From a virus: a DNA stretch of 64,000 bases. Positions 63,524 through 64,000 of this stretch are shown here, one piece after another. Numbering within the stretch: the first letter of the stretch is position 1; each line of letters opens with the position of its first letter. Location of the stretch: positions 67,722 to 131,721 of the IMG/VR virus record IMGVR_UViG_3300045391_000819. One strand, given 5' to 3'. Both the position numbers and the translations under genes were made by a program. The notes under the pieces are model-generated. The model was not told the DNA's origin. It did not search any database and saw only the letters and a list, made by a program, of their open reading frames with translations.

Positions 63524-63585
63524 GTTTGCTGACTTTGACGTACGTACGCAAGTGTTATTCGTCAGCAATATTCCACTCGTCAATG

Positions 63586-63660
63586 AGGACAGGGAGGGAT
63601 TCAAACCCCCGACTTTACTGCTTTGCAGGCAGTTGCATTCAATCACTCTGCCACCTGTCC
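63586..63660 (-). tRNA. trnC: tRNA-Cys(GCA)
   Basis: Loop CT-GCA-AA; U73. Confidence 0.92.
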
Positions 63661-63663
63661 ATG

Positions 63664-63737
63664 TGCTCCGACTCGGACTCGAACCGAGAACCTTCTCCTT
63701 AAGAGGGAGTAGCTCCACGCAATTGAGCTATCGAAGC
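63664..63737 (-). tRNA. trnK: tRNA-Lys(CTT)
   Basis: Loop CT-CTT-AA. Confidence 0.9.
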
Positions 63738-63740
63738 GTG

Positions 63741-63815
63741 TGCACTCGGAGGGCATCGAACCCCCGACCCCAAGATTAAAAGTCAAGTACTCTACCAAAA
63801 CTGAGCTACGAGTGC
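63741..63815 (-). tRNA. trnK: tRNA-Lys(TTT)
   Basis: Loop CT-TTT-AA; stem CTTGA/TCTTG has two T-T mismatches. Confidence 0.88.
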
Positions 63816-63845
63816 AAATAAAAAACCCTGCTTGTTCAGCAGGGC
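63816..63845 (-). terminator. Attenuator A terminator
   Basis: GCCCTGCT-GAACA-AGCAGGGT followed by TTTTTATTT, directly abutting tRNA-Lys(TTT). Confidence 0.9.
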
Positions 63846-63875
63846 TTCAGTATTTTCAGTAAAATGACTATGTTG

Positions 63876-63968
63876 TTATTTGTCACCACTAGACAATACG
63901 ATCCCTGCACCAGCAAGCTCTTTCGCTCTGCCGTTGCCACAAATCATATTATCCACTATTAAATACAT
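63876..63968 (-). CDS. Leader peptide A, MYLIVDNMICGNGRAKELAGAGIVLSSGDK (30 aa)
   Basis: Manual translation. Codons 4-17 use only, and all of, I,V,D,N,M,C,G,R,A,K,E, the 11 amino acids of the downstream tRNA block. Confidence 0.88.
   Translation of the reverse strand: MYLIVDNMICGNGRAKELAGAGIVLSSGDK
63903..63908 (-). promoter_or_regulatory. Antiterminator strand A
   Basis: GCAGGG duplicates the terminator 3' arm and can pair with CCCTGC (63839-63844) in the 5' arm. Confidence 0.7.
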
Positions 63969-64000
63969 TTTCTGCTGTTTTGTAAATTTGGACTGCAAAC

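Noticed and set aside
295-63779. All plus-strand ORFs in the track
   Set aside because: Short, antisense to well-supported minus-strand genes or tRNAs, with no recognisable motifs.
55777-63968. T-box riboswitch as the control mechanism
   Set aside because: No T-box consensus or specifier stem is visible, the leaders are short, and multi-codon sensor runs fit ribosome-mediated attenuation better.
1-64000. Stop-codon reassignment (TAG or TGA), common in some crAss-like phages
   Set aside because: Genes are full length in code 11, TAG and TGA serve as real stops, and there is no CTA or TCA suppressor tRNA.

Overview
The window is a 64-kb segment of a Bacteroidota-infecting, crAss-like (Crassvirales-type) phage. 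Essentially every real gene is on the minus strand, in the standard genetic code. In transcription order (high to low coordinates) it contains: (i) a ~9.3-kb region with 27 tRNA genes covering all 20 amino acids, interleaved with two HNH endonucleases, a five-gene glycosyl/methyl/pyruvyl-transferase set and an RNase H-like gene; (ii) the crAss-type morphogenesis module (terminase, portal, major capsid, ring/tail proteins, lysozyme and holin, muzzle, cargo proteins up to 3143 aa); (iii) receptor-binding genes, including two fibres built from (Gly-Phe/Tyr-Ser)n repeats, two beta-helix proteins and a LamG domain. The main discovery is in the tRNA region. The tRNAs fall into three blocks, each preceded by a short leader ORF, an antiterminator and an intrinsic terminator that abuts the first tRNA. 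A Bacteroidota sigma-A promoter is complete upstream of B and C; for A it is cut by the window edge. Each leader holds an uninterrupted run of codons for exactly the amino acids of its own block. IVDNMICGNGRAKE precedes K,K,C,V,R(TCT),N,M,G,E,D,I,I,A. LSYSSLYYLS precedes L,L,L,S,S,Y. FQHTRFWFTQPT precedes P,T,F,Q,Q,H,R(ACG),W. This looks like ribosome-stalling attenuation that senses loss of specific host tRNAs and switches on the matching phage replacement tRNAs. All calls were made by eye; no database searches or folding programs were run.
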